From the NCBI RefSeq assembly GCF_009914755.1, contig NC_060931.1: a stretch of DNA of 64,000 nt; one strand, written 5' to 3'. Below, piece by piece: positions 28,139 through 41,724 of this stretch. Position 1 is the stretch's first letter; each line of letters starts with the position of its first letter. A program made the position numbers and the translations under genes. The notes beneath the pieces were generated by a model that saw only the letters and a program-made list of their open reading frames with translations, had not been told where the DNA came from and ran no database searches. This DNA comes from the human T2T-CHM13v2.0 reference genome, Homo sapiens.

Positions 28139-28555
<417 letters not shown>

Positions 28556-29439
28556 TTAAATACTGATCCATGGTATATTTATTTTAAAGTATCTGGTTTC
28601 ACTTAACAAGTGACTTTTTTATTTGGCCATGAAAGTTAGGTCATTTTTCAGGTTCTGCTGTTTTCCTGAGGAAAATTGCTAATGCCAAGACAGCGCTTAT
28701 TGTTTGACAAGCAACACAATGACTGGTGCTCTATGGATTGAAGGAGAAATAACTCTTATTTTCGCTTCCTCACATATTATGTTGTTCACAGTCTACTTTC
28801 ATGTTAATTCTTTTCAGAGCACTTCTGTTGGGTAATGAAGGAAGATCAAGGGTTCCCTTTCAAGACTACAAAGTTAATTACTGCAATCAGAGAGCATTTG
28901 CAATAGTGGTTTGTACCAATGCTTATCAGGCCCTTAAAAGTAGTCATTTGCTTGATTCCTGGACAAATCACATAAAATAAAGGAGTCCATAAATGTACTT
29001 CAATTACCTTCCTGATTTATTTATCCCTTTCTTTCTCAACTGAAGTTCATTGAACTGTAGGCAAAAAAAGACAATGAACTGTGGTAGATTAAAAATAGAG
29101 AAGTTGTCATGGAAAATGATCCATTTCCTTTCTCCTATAAATAGATTTAAGATTTTAGAAAGGTGTTCATTATGAAAAGAGTATCTGATTTGATAGCTTC
29201 TTCAGCAGATTCTGCTTCAATTCTGAAAATTAAAGTTATATAATCCCTAGAATTAAAATCTTTCCATAATGTTCAGTTTCGAATATATATATTTCTTATA
29301 TCTGATATAGTAACACCAATATAGGGAATAGGATAAAGAGGCCTAGAACCTAGTCCTGCTGTTATTTAATTAGCAACTTAATCTGTAACAGGTAAATGCA
29401 GTCATCCACTCTATTAAGGCCAAACATTAAAGGACGGGA

Positions 29440-29680
29440 AAGCTGAGCTTTTGCGTCAGATACCACATGGCTTCAAATCATGAACTCCCGTTTACTTGCT
29501 GTGAAACTGCAAGTAAGTTACTTAAGGCTTCTAAACTTTAGTTTCCTCAACAAAAAAGTGAAAGTAACAATGTCTACCTCAAAAAACTATAAAGAATATT
29601 AAAGGAGATAATATTAAAGGAGATAAAGTGTTAGATAATTTTCTAACACTTACTAGGAGTTTTTAAAAGGTGGCTAGCTT
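29440..29680 (+). mobile_element. MIR SINE
   Basis: tttacttgctgtgaaactgcaagtaagttacttaa...agtttcctcaac. Confidence 0.7.
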
Positions 29681-30031
29681 CCCCTAAAACTCACAATATC
29701 TAGATCTAAGGAAGATGTCATTTAGACAATGATGGTGCTTTTTTAAGTTGTAGAAAAGCAAAAATGTAACTCCTAAGAGACAATGATATCACTCATGATG
29801 AATAAAACTTTTCATATAAAAATATATTATCTGGAAAGGTACAGTTTACCTTAGCTTTTACTGATAAATAATAAACCAGTTGCAGTAGGAGTTCATTCAC
29901 TTTGTTTCCTGTCAAAGGTGGCTAACCAATTCTTTCTGTAAACACTTGCTGCTCCTCTGCAAGTTAATTCCTGGCCTTCTATTGCTTTCTAAACATGCCT
30001 GTTTCCTTTGCACCAAAGTGCTCAGTCTGTC

Positions 30032-30502
30032 TGTAGAAGGCTGAATAATGCCCCCTATAAAAGATGTTCACCTCCAAATCCCCATAATCTGCAATTGTTA
30101 CCTTGTCTGGCAAAAGAGACTTAGATATGATTAAATTAAGAAAGAGTGATGGGAGATTATCCCGCATTATCCAAGTGGGCTCAAAGCAATTACAAGTTTC
30201 CTTATAAGAGAGAAACAGGAAGGTCAGAGGTAGGAGAAAACAATGTGACAATAGTAAAGATTTGGGGGGATGAGGCCATATGCTAAGGAATCCCCAAAAC
30301 CTCTAGAAGCTGGAAGAAAAATGAAACAAATTTTCCCTTACAGCCTCCAAAAAAGAGGATAGCCCTGCTGACACTGGTTTTAGCCCTGGACTTATTTCAG
30401 ACTTATGATCTCCAGAACTGCAAGAGAATAGCTTCATATAATAATTTCTTACACCACTAAATTTGTGGTAATCTGTTAAAGCAGCAATAGCATACTAATA
30501 TA
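30032..30502 (+). mobile_element. MLT1D-like MaLR solo LTR
   Basis: tgtagaaggctgaataatgcccc, gggagattatcc, cctctagaagctggaag, ccactaaatttgtggtaatctgttaaagcagcaatag. Confidence 0.88.
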
Positions 30503-30590
30503 CCATCAGTACCTTCTATGCTGTTGATAGCTCATCTGTTTTATAAAGGTGAAGAGTATTTTCTGCTTTTGGTTCTTCTGTAGTAATAGT

Positions 30591-30635
30591 GGTGGTGGTG
30601 GTGGTGGTGGTGGTAGCGGTGGTAGCAGTGGTAGC
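30591..30635. repeat. (GGT)8 plus degenerate GGT/AGC trinucleotide repeat at a MIR tail
   Basis: ggtggtggtggtggtggtggtggtagcggtggtagcagtggtagc. Confidence 0.95.
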
Positions 30636-30820
30636 TCCTGCTACGTGTCAAACACTGGGTTAGATGTCTTACCCACATTGTCTCTTGTGCTTTCCCAACT
30701 CTGTGCTATGAGGGAACCTCTCTTAAACCCATTGTACAGATGAGACAACTAAGACCAAGATTCCAACCCAAAACTATCTGTTGCCCAAGCCCATTGTCTT
30801 AACTGCTCTACTATTCTGGC
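30636..30820 (-). mobile_element. MIR SINE
   Basis: cccattgtacagatgagacaactaag core. Confidence 0.6.
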
Positions 30821-31083
30821 TCTCTTGACCCTATCTCCCATCTTTTCTCCCTTGTTCTCAGATTCCTATCCTATTGGGAATATGGAAGGTAAAAGATGTC
30901 TATTTCTTATAGTTTCTTAAAAAGCAGGCTCTTCTAGAGAAAGAATGCTTTGACTTATAGGTATGTGTTAAAAGAAAATAAAGCTATTAAGAAACTGCCT
31001 ACATAGAGAAGGAGAAGGGAAGTAGGAAAAAAGAGAAACAAATAGGGAGGGAATGGGAGAGAAGAATCTTTGAAACCACATAC

Positions 31084-31132
31084 CCAAATTCGTTGTCTCC
31101 TAACACACAGGGGCTTTGAAAGTTGAGAACAT
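31084..31132 (-). other. Candidate small spliced exon (49 nt)
   Basis: Minus strand: ccttacttctcttcctctcttcaag|ATGTTC...GAATTTGG|gtatgt, with very long upstream pyrimidine tracts, in repeat-free sequence. Confidence 0.55.
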
Positions 31133-31789
31133 CTTGAAGAGAGGAAGAGAAGTAAGGACAATTATAGTATACAATTAAACAAAAGCAAAAAAAAAAAAAG
31201 ATACAAATATACATGGTTTGTACACAGAATCAGTGAAAAGACCAGCCTGATCCAAGGATCAAATCTGAATTAGGAAAGGATGGAAAATATTTACAATAAT
31301 AAAGCAAGGTCAGTTTTTGGAGACACTTAACTGTCAGGGAGTGTTCAGACCTGGTTTGTCGGAGGATGGAAAAGACTTTGTTCCTTAAGAGAGAATTACG
31401 AAAAACAGAGAAGACATTTTTTCTGAAATTTTTGCTTTTTTTCCCCACGTTATCAATTTTCCTAAAAGTGTAAGTTTAGAATTAATTTCAAAAGGAAGGT
31501 AATTTTCAGAAATGTTGACATAAGTCAATAACCATTCTAAATTTTTAAGTTTATAACCTAGAGGTAATATTACTAATTTTGAAATGATTTCCCTAAAAAA
31601 AAATTGAAATCCCTTTGCAAACTTACTTTCACAGACTATTTACGGTGTATTACATATTTACTCAGCTCTAAGAGGCAATAATTCCCTCCCTGGTGTTCTA
31701 AAGCTCTTCTAAAAGAGATACCAGAACCCATCTCTGGTGTAGGAAATGTTTGAAGATGGAAAAGCAAGGAACTGACGTGCTGACTTGAA

Positions 31790-31990
31790 CTCTTTTAGCT
31801 ACTTTATCTCTGTCTTCTCATTAATCCTGAAAATCCTATGGGGTAATATTTTTAATCTCCATTTTATAGATGAAAACTCTAAGACTCATAAGACTTAAAT
31901 AAGTTGACTGGTCTTACAGATATTAAATAGAAAACAGTCTGAGCTACAATGTTGTCTATTCATGGGCAAGGAATTAAACTGAAACAGACA
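31790..31990 (-). mobile_element. MIR SINE
   Basis: ctcattaatcctgaaaatcctatgggg...ctccattttatagatgaaaactctaagactca. Confidence 0.7.
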
Positions 31991-32409
31991 TTTTAACAAT
32001 AATATCCTTTTACCCATCCATTTTCTATAGCAGCAAACATTCCAATTACATGGAAAAAGCAACTGAACTGGGGGATTTACCAAGGTTTCAATGTCCTCAC
32101 CTCTTTGAATCAAGTATTCCTTGACATTCTTATGACAAAGAACAACTGTGCCTGCAACACAATTTGCTGTTAATAGTCTGAGAGTAAAGGATCCCTCAAA
32201 GAACCCTTTCAGAGAAATCTTATTAAAGAAGTCCCTTCCTTAAAAGGTAACTTAACTCTTTGTCTGGGGCTCAGTCCTTTGGATGTTAATCTGACTGGGC
32301 CAGTGCACCTAAATAATAAATATCCTCCTCAACCCCCCACCACAAATAGAAATGTTTCCTCCCTTTCCACAGCCCTTTTACCTGGTATAAAGAGTCCCAT
32401 GTCTAAAAA

Positions 32410-32497
32410 GTATTTATATATATATATATATAAAATACACATTATTATTATATATATAATTATATATATACAATACACACACACACACATATATATA
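32410..32497. repeat. Compound (TA)n/(CA)n microsatellite
   Basis: Visible dinucleotide runs. Confidence 0.9.
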
Positions 32498-35400
32498 AAC
32501 ACTATAAAAGCTTGGAACCCCAATGCACAAATGCACAACTTTCAAGTTCAATTTTCTATTTAAAAACTGGAAAAAGTGGTGAATGTCTGCTGAGATGTTA
32601 ATATCTGATTAAGACAGAGAACAAAATGGGTTACCCATGTGAATCTGAAAAGCCCTTAAGAACACTTTCCCAGAAAAGGGCCATAGCAGCAGTAGCTGCC
32701 TCATCTGAGTGTCATAAGCCATTTCCATTTCACATTCCATCCTGTCTTCCTCATTAAACCACGTGTCTTAGACAATTTGAGGTTTAGAAAAACATGGCCC
32801 CACTAGCAGTATGTATTGTTACTAGGAAGCTGTTCAGTTTTGCACACGTATTGATGCTATACTCCAGAGGCTATACTCCAGAGAGGGGTGACTAATGAAT
32901 TTCCCACAAGCCTCTGAAGATCTTAAATCACATGTACAAAACCAGAGATTTTAAAGTAAAAAATTATAGTTTAACCATAAAAAAGAAATACAGGGAGAGA
33001 AGCCATTAGATTGTTTCAGGAACCAGACGTTTGAGCTTATTAATTAGGGAAGATTGAAATCCAGAAAGAGAAAATTCACTGAAATCGGATCAACTACCTT
33101 AATAAAATAAATTCTCTCAATTTATTTGAATAGCAGAGGTTAACACCTACCAGCTTATGTAGGAAATTAGAAACAATACCTATTAGCCTGAAATTTTCTC
33201 TCTCCACCCCTTGTGAGTTATAAGTCAATCCAGATGCAGAATCTGGATGGTTCCTGCACTGTTTATTGTGGTAGTTAAATAACTTGGCAATTATTATTCT
33301 CAATGGCTATTCCTAAAACATCACCTTCTTTTCTAACTTTATTGTATTTCCCATTGATGGACAACACATATTGATAAGAGCAATTAAACTTAACACTAGT
33401 CATAAGAAGCAAGCAATATTTTTAAAAAGCACAGAATACCTACAAGTCATGGTATTATAGGGAACTTGTGTTTTCTTCTTAAAATATTCTTTGGTTTTCC
33501 ACATTTTGAACATGTCTTATTTATTCAATCACAAAAAGTTTTAGCATGAATATAAATTATACCTTCTATCACATACTGAAATAGAAAGCCAACCGATCTC
33601 AGTACAGATTTCATCCAGAAATTAACAAAATGGTTTTGAAGTAACTTGGTCAAGAAGAAAGTTCATTGCAGAGAAAAAGTTATGCGTCACCAGATGAGGA
33701 GAACTAGCTTTTCCCAGGAGGTAAAGGGGAAATAAAAGGTCACACTTGTTATTATCACTATCCTTGCTCTGGGATAAGAAAAACTTGACCTGCATCCATG
33801 TAAATTTGATAATTTTGAGAGATCTTAATGAATGTCTATTCTACAAAGATCTCTGGTTAATGAGTCATTAAGAGGTAACCCACACTAGGCTTCACAGCAT
33901 GCTCGTCTTAAACTTCGTGAATTTTCCACAGTCCAGAGGCTGGTAATATTCCTCAGATATTTCCAGCACATTGAGAACAGAACCATCTGTCAGTGAGATT
34001 GCCATTAACCAAGCTCATGAAACTGATATATAATAGTCTGAATTCCATTTTATTGACTTGCAATAAAAAATAACGATCTTAGAGACAGGAATATCTAAAT
34101 CTGCATAACTAGCCAACTACTTATTTTAGATGGATCTAAACAGGAAGCCAATTCATAATCAAAAAATAATTTGAAAAGCATGAAATTACAACTGAGAGTT
34201 AAAATTAAGGGAATTCATTAAAAGGCAGTTTTCCAACACTCTCTGAAAGCCCTTTGGTTTCTGTTAAAGCATTCAATATGGGAGATTTTATTTCTGATTT
34301 TTAATTGCGAGGTGAAATGAGAGCCTACAATCTTACTTTCAAATTCTCGGAAGAAGCCTCACATCAGTCCCCAGCTACTAACCATGACTTTCATTTTTTC
34401 ACTGTAATTTGCACTGTATTTTAATTAATAACCCTACACCTGTCTTGGAATGTGTTTTCTACCTTCTTTAGCATGAGCAAAAATTGCCCCACACTATTAT
34501 TACTGAAGTCAGACAGTTATCTTAGTTATGTCCCAATATCTTTACACAGAAAACAATTAAGGAAGCCAGAAAGAGAAATACTATGCCATATCAGGATCCT
34601 ATTCCTGATGTTTTACAGAGAATACAAGTCATTTATATAAAAATGCAATGCGAATGGGGTCAGTTACTTAAAAGAAATTATTGTTTCTGCTGTCATGTGT
34701 TCTACTTGGTGGCTGGAAATGATAAATACTAATGTTCTGAGATAGACTTATAAGCATTCAACTTACGTTAATAGCATCAGTACCATTAACTTACCCTCTA
34801 CTAATTAGAAACGTATCATTTCAAACAGATTAATTGATGTTCATTGTAATTTTAATGAAAGTCTAAATTTAAATATTCTACACTTTTAATTTTTCATAAT
34901 CCCAAACATAATCCACATTAGCAAGGCTCTACTACTGTTTAAACCACAATTGCATTCTGTTATCCAGAATTAAACTGGAAAACACAGATTTCCATTAGTA
35001 CTTTTTTTTAATAACAATAACCTTTAGCCTAATAAGAAACTAAATACAACCTGAAAAAGATAAACGATGTCCAACCGAAGAATATTTTATTACATTTTTA
35101 TATATTGAATATCATGCATGGTAACTATTAACTAGAATATTATAATAACCAGAATAAACACCTGCTAGTCTATTAAGTAAAATAAACTTTACTGTACTTG
35201 AGAAGTTATTCAAAACAATAAATTTAGGGGTCTCAACATAGAATCCTAATATTACAGGTAAAAATCTAAATTATTTTTTAGAAAGTATGACAAATTCCTA
35301 CTGGCAGAGATATCAATAATAAAAAAGTTGAGAAATCTCTTCTGATAGTTTTAAAGATTAAGGCATTTAAGTTTGGTTTCATTATACAATGTTGCTAAAA

Positions 35401-35937
35401 CTGTTTCTCCCTTATTTTCAACATATATTTCCTTTGTTTTAAACTAAATTGAAGTAATTCATTGTGAATCATCCATAATTTGCCCACCTATTAGATTTTA
35501 TTAAATCTAATTTATTCAAAGGGTAAAAGATATCCAGGTGTAACTACTCAAACTTATTTATTGACCTTCAAGTTTCAGACCCAAAAGGAATACTCTTATG
35601 GGAAACAAAAATTCATACATCTATAAATATTTCATAATTTCTAAGAGTGGCTTTTTTGAGGGTATATAGGCTAAAGCTGAGGCAAGGGTTGGCTTCCCTG
35701 AATTTGCAAGTATCATTCATTTTATGTAAAACTGATACAATCTCATATTTCAGAATTTCCCATGCATATGATTGTCACATCAGACCTTTACAACAATACT
35801 CTTAAGGTAAGCATATCAGAGTCAATCCCTACTTCATTACACTAAGGAAGACACTGACAAGCAGAGAGATTCAGTGCTTTGTCAAAGACCACATGCCAGG
35901 AAATATCTGAGAGCCAAGACTAGACCTACATCATCTT

Positions 35938-36022
35938 AAGAAGTCCTTTTTTATTTATTTATTTCGTTGTACACATGTACCCTAAAACTTAAAGTAAAAT
36001 AATAAAAAAAGAAGTCCTTCTT
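35938..36022 (+). mobile_element. Extremely 5'-truncated young L1PA (L1PA2/3-like) 3' end with TSD, inside a minus-strand MIR
   Basis: cgttgtacacatgtaccctaaaacttaaagtaaaataataaaaaaa flanked by aagaagtcctt at 35938-35948 and 36009-36019; TT|AAGA endonuclease site. Confidence 0.9.
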
Positions 36023-39000
36023 AAAATTCTCATTCTATTAAACAGAAGATACTAAGCTTACCTGAGTGTAAGTGTGAGGCCATACAACAGAAAATGAAAA
36101 GGAGACAAATTCCTTCCTAGATAATCTGGGGATTATCTCAGTCCTTCACTTTACTCCTTGTCTGAGACATCATAGCCCTGTGGATCATCAGGGTTGATCA
36201 GCCTGGCTGGTTAGTCCTGCATCTCTTCATCCCTTGCTGCATCTTCTATGGACAGAGTGAACAATGTTCTTAAGCCAGGCTTTCCTATGTAGCTGCATAT
36301 CCCTGCTAGATGCCCACAACAACCAGCTCTATTCAAAATCACAGAAAACACAGGGTTATCACATTTTCAAGAATCTAAGATTCTAAAGTAGTGCTTCAAA
36401 GAGTATATGGCTTATATTCCAATGAGATTCTGGAAAAGATCAGAAGTATGAGCTTAAGTTCAGCTCTAGAATCCCTAAAAGATCCAATTATGATTCCATC
36501 ATTCTCTTTTTGTCCTTATTCTTTACAAAATTTTACCTTCTTTACACTGCAAATGAAAGACTGGGCAAGAGTAAACAAAATGATCTCTATCTTCAGTTTA
36601 CCTCATTTTTCTTTTTGTTGTTTATAACATAGTATTTTGGCCCTGGCAAACATTTGAGTACCTAGCAGTTCTAACACCTGAACACAGTTCTTGATTTAGA
36701 CCAGAAGGAAGAACACAATGCCAGGGTCAAAAGTGAGCCTGTGTGTCAAGAAGTAGCTGATCTTTGAGACGTTAGAGTTACCCTTAATGAGAAAAAATAC
36801 ACAGAACAAACGTAAAAGAAAACAAATCACCCATGTTGAGTCCTAGGAGATGATTTCCCACAAGCTGTATAAACTTTCTTCAGTTAAACAAATAATCCTA
36901 GAAATGAAGTTTTGTTTTCATGCTTTGAGGACACATAGTAATGATTACCTGTGGTTTTTCTCACTGGAAACCCTGACAATGAGACAAAATATGTTGGGGT
37001 TTTTTTTCCAGATAAATGTCTTAAAAAGACATTTCTAGAATATGAACATTTCTTAAGTCAATGTTTTTCATTTAAATTTAAATTTTATAATCATCATATC
37101 TGACTTTATTCAAAGCACAAATCCTAGAGACAGGCAAAGTTTTTATTGGTTAAGAACCATTTCACAATATCCCACTCACTAAGATCTCTTGCTTACTACC
37201 TCAAAGAGGTGGGGGAACCTCCGCTGTATGAAATGTAGTGTGAAAGGTTCATGGAATTTCTATATATTCTGAGGACTTTTTTTGGAAGCAAACCTTTGAA
37301 ATTCAATCTCAGATAAGAAAGCGCAGAAACTGAGTAGACAGGAGAGAAGTGTCCAAGAAGAAGTAGCTTGCATTCAAAGGTAATTGAAACACATCAGAAG
37401 AGTGTGTTAGTGTCTAAGTAAGACCTTGGGCCTAAATCCATATGGATGTGTAAATGAGGATTATGTAATACTCATATCCTGTATTACAATTGCCAAAAGT
37501 ATATGAGAAGGGAAATTTTCACTTTGTTCTCTAGGAATGTGTATTCATTCATTCATTCCCATCTGCCTTTGACTAAACCAGAGCTCAGCGAAGTGGAATG
37601 ATTCATCAAAAAAGAAATGGAAAGTTGACGGCACAGTCAGAACATCAGAGTTCCATTGAGTGTGTTCCACTGAAACACCTCAGTCCCTTTTAATTAAAGC
37701 AAATGAAACAGTAAAATGGGCTTATAACTTTTTAAGGTCCTCTCTAATAAACCTGCCCTAGACACTAGATATATGTTCAATGACCTTTAAAGTTAAAATA
37801 AGCTTTGAGACTTCTATGAAATGCTGCCTCCCATTCCCCAAAAAAGCCCATTAAAGTTTCAGATATGCCTGTATTAATAAAGTTGTTTAATCCCATTATT
37901 TTATCTCTTTCTGTTGGTCTTAAATCATCTCTCTACTTACCTCAGGTGATGATTGAAGTTTTTTATGTATTCCCTTAGTCTATTAATCCTGACCCTGCTA
38001 ATATTTCACATGGCAGCCTCATTTAAATAGTACAACCAAATATTTTCATATTATGTATTACTAAAAAGTACTAGCGTTTTTCTCATTTCTTCATTGGCAT
38101 TCAAACAGTTTTAAACTAAGTCTCTTCTTTATAGGTACAGATAAGAAAAATAGAATGAATTATTCTCAAGTTTTGATTAGATGCTTTCTGGGTTAACTAG
38201 ATAGTTATGATTTATTCATAGGAATACATTAATGATCAATGATAGCAACACCAATATTTTTCCATTATCACCTAAATAATTCTTTAAAAATTCAGAACCT
38301 AACACTGGACCACAAAAGGAAATCATCGTTTCTAATGCATTTTTACTATGAACAAAAACATACTTAATATCTTCCTTTGTAAGTCCCAAAATATATGGCA
38401 GTCTTTAAATACTGTTCACAAACACACCACAGACAACATCAAACATTTAGTAGTTTGCAATACACCAAAGGAAAAATGATGATTTATTCAACTTTAATCG
38501 GCTCAATATTAATTTCATGAATTTTACACCTAGAGGATTCTGATTGCTGTAGTTCTTACCATGAATAAATTTTGCTCTTGAAAACTGGTAATTAATTCTT
38601 ACACCTTGAAAGACTGAAAAACCTAGGCCTCTGAATACATTTACATGGAAATTAACATTCTTTTCTACTGTTTCTTTGAAATTTCTTTAGAGATTACCTT
38701 TCCTCATTCTGTTCAGACTGTATCAAACATCCATTAATATAGTTCCTTTTTCTTTATATTCTCAAAGGCTTGGGGTTTAGAGAAACTTCAAGTGTGCAAA
38801 AATCTCAAAACTAAGGACAAGTCAATCAATGTTAACTATGAACTAATTTCTTTAATCTTGAGAATGGTGTTGAATGCTGTATTGTTAGGCAATACTGACA
38901 TAGGCATCTAATTCACATATAGCTCTTCCCTTTATATAGCATTTTTTTGAACATCCAAAGGCAGTTTTAATAAGGGAACTTATGTATAATATAGATTATA

Positions 39001-40269
39001 TTTTGATATGAAAATAAAATCTGGTAGGTAATGCTAAAATATAAATGAATGTTATAAAACTATTCCAATGAGACATTCCCAACAGCTCTCTATTTTTTCC
39101 TTCCTTCCTTCTGTCTTTCTTTTAAATTACCTGCCTTTTTCCTTCAATGTCATTTATTTTTCAATCTTTGGACCACTTATTTTCTCATTAAAGTGAAACA
39201 CAAAGAATGGCTTTCATTACAACTCAGAGAGGTGAAGTACCAGTCAATTGGCACCAACATATAGTTTCCCTCACTGGAGAACTGAGAGAGTCATCTCTAT
39301 TTCTCAATTTTGAGACAGACTCTTCACAATGAATAAGTAATTTGAAAATCAAAAAGACATTTTGATGAAAAACGAAGCTGAGGCTGAACTAGCTGCATGG
39401 TTTAAGTCATCTATAGGCTGAGTTGTGAGCAAGTAGACAAAGCTCTAGAAGCCTTTTAAATTTTTTTGTAAACATACTGACCCATGTATGCATACACTAT
39501 AAAATCTGGCATTAAAAAGAGCACAAGAGTCTTTTCCTTTGTTTTGCATACATAATTTTGAGAAGCACTTTTTTGGATCAAATGCTGCAAACAAAAACAA
39601 AACAAAAAAGAAACAGTTTAGCCAAGTTCTAGTTTTTATTCTTGGGCTCTCTAATAATAATTTTATATCACCATGCTTATAGGACATAAATGTTGCCTGA
39701 TCAATCTCATCTCTCCCCTTTGGAAAAACTTGTCTTTGAACCATTAATTTTTATATCATGTTTAAAGATCACAAAGCAAGATTATGCTGATGAAGTTTAT
39801 TAAAAAATTTGGAAGGCAATTTTATAATAGCAAGTAAACACAAAAGTGTCAAAGCACCAGAAATACAGCACCAGACTTTTAGCCCATCTGCAGATAATCT
39901 GTCTAGGATGATAAAACTTGTCCTTTGTTTATACAAATCCATAGACTATTTGAATAGAAATTTTATAATATACACTACATTTCTAATTCTAAGGATAAAT
40001 GAAAATTACTAAGAGACACAATTTATAATGAATTCATTGAAATATTAGACCATTTCAATTCTGACTTTCCTATAGTTTGGAAAATTCCTTTAGCCCTGAA
40101 GGTCAAGGCACAGTTTAGTGCTAAAAATACCTGTTAGAGTTTAAAGTAGGGTGAGTAGAGCCCATCCTTTTTCACAATTTGTTATCTCCATAAACAAAGC
40201 TATATTGAGAATTTCCTCTGCAATTTGTATGGTATGATAAAAGATGCTAAATTCAGCAGAGACCAGGGT

Positions 40270-40600
40270 CTCAGCTTTACAATCTAAAAGAACAGAGAGG
40301 ATAGACACACAATAGACCACATATGTCAAATGGCAACTACAGATAATAAGCATTCAGAATAGGGGAGGTCACTTCCAGTTGGTGTTAGTCAAAGCAGGCT
40401 TTATGAAAGGCTTTGTGGTGGGCAGTATGCTGATGTGCAAGTGGTAAAACAGAGGACACTACAAATCAAGGAGATGACACTAATGGAAATGTAGAGTCAA
40501 AGGAGTGCAAGGCTCACATGGAAGCATATGGATCCGGGAGCTAAGAGCCAAGTGCACAGTTGTTGAATGAGGGAGAGAGGAGAGGTTACTCTAGTATGCC
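40270..40600 (-). mobile_element. L2 fragment
   Basis: gtctcagctttacaatcta...aaagcaggctttatgaaagg. Confidence 0.45.
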
Positions 40601-41149
40601 AGGCACATGATCTTGAACTAGGAACACTGACCATAGATTGGCATTGACAAAATGGGTTGATTTTTTTTTAAGTTGACTTTAATTAGCAAAAAAATAGCAA
40701 TGTTAAAATAAACATTTCATAATTCACAATTTCATCATATTAACAAAGCAAGTATTTTTATTACTTTGTATTTCCTTACAGGGATTTGTCCATATGGCTG
40801 AATATTTTTTCCTAGAAGTTGTCATACAATTTTGCACTTAGATATTTTTCAGTGAACGTTATAACATCGAACATATCTCTGCTGCTTTTTAAAATTTTCT
40901 TTGAGGAAATATACTTCCCTAGAATACTAAATTAGACCGATAGCAAGAGTAGCTAAAAACAGAAGTAATTTCTTGATGAGTTTTTATAAACACACTTGTT
41001 TGGAAGGTCCTTGAGCATATCTACACTTTCCACATCTTGAATTTTCCAGACCAACCCTGATAACATTTTTTCCTATAGTCCTCCCCTCTCTATGACTGGT
41101 ACACTCAGACAACAGATTTTTGTGATATATATTAATTTTATTCTGTAAT

Positions 41150-41640
41150 TTTAGCAAACTGATTTGGATCACAAATATCCTTCACTTACTTGCAGTGTGA
41201 ACTTAGGCAGCTTGCTAAGTTCTCTAAATCTTAGTGTTGTCCTCTACAAAATGAGGCGAATAATGATACCTCCTCCTAAGATTGCTGTGATGAATTAAGG
41301 AGGGCTTCCGTGACAGAGAGTGTGGACTGTGGTTAAGAACAAAGACTCTGGGACCATTTTGCCTGAATTCAAAATTTAGTTCTACTCCTGGCTCTGGGAC
41401 CTTGGGCAAGTTATCTGACATCAACTTGCTTCATGAGAACAATGGGGATGATGATAATAATAGACATATATGTACTCCTGTCAGGGTTGATGCAGGGAAC
41501 AAAAGAGCAAAGTGGATAAAGTGGCTTGTAATTGTGCCTGGCAGATGCATGTGCTATGAATGGGTTCATTATTATTACATAAAATGGTTGGCATAGTATT
41601 TAGATCATGGTAAGCAGCCAATAAGTGGTAAAAAGTAATT
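41150..41640 (+). mobile_element. Two nested MIRs
   Basis: The first MIR core (about 41160-41300) is interrupted by a second MIR (gtggttaagaacaaagactctggg...gtgcctggcagat), and its tail then resumes. Confidence 0.7.
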
Positions 41641-41724
41641 ATAGATATTACTTTTTACTCAAGCAGAATGCTTTTATCATCTCTCTTAATCAATGTTTGT
41701 TTTCCTTCCACTAAACCTGGGAGA

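Noticed and set aside
33920-34075. Plus-strand terminal exon (ttttccacag ... aataaa)
   Set aside because: The pyrimidine tract is short, AATAAA is ubiquitous in AT-rich DNA, and there is no linked upstream exon.
36120-36139. Short 7-10 bp palindromes (here, and near 5422, 6555, 37464 and 48301)
   Set aside because: Individually they are within chance expectation for 64 kb of AT-rich sequence.
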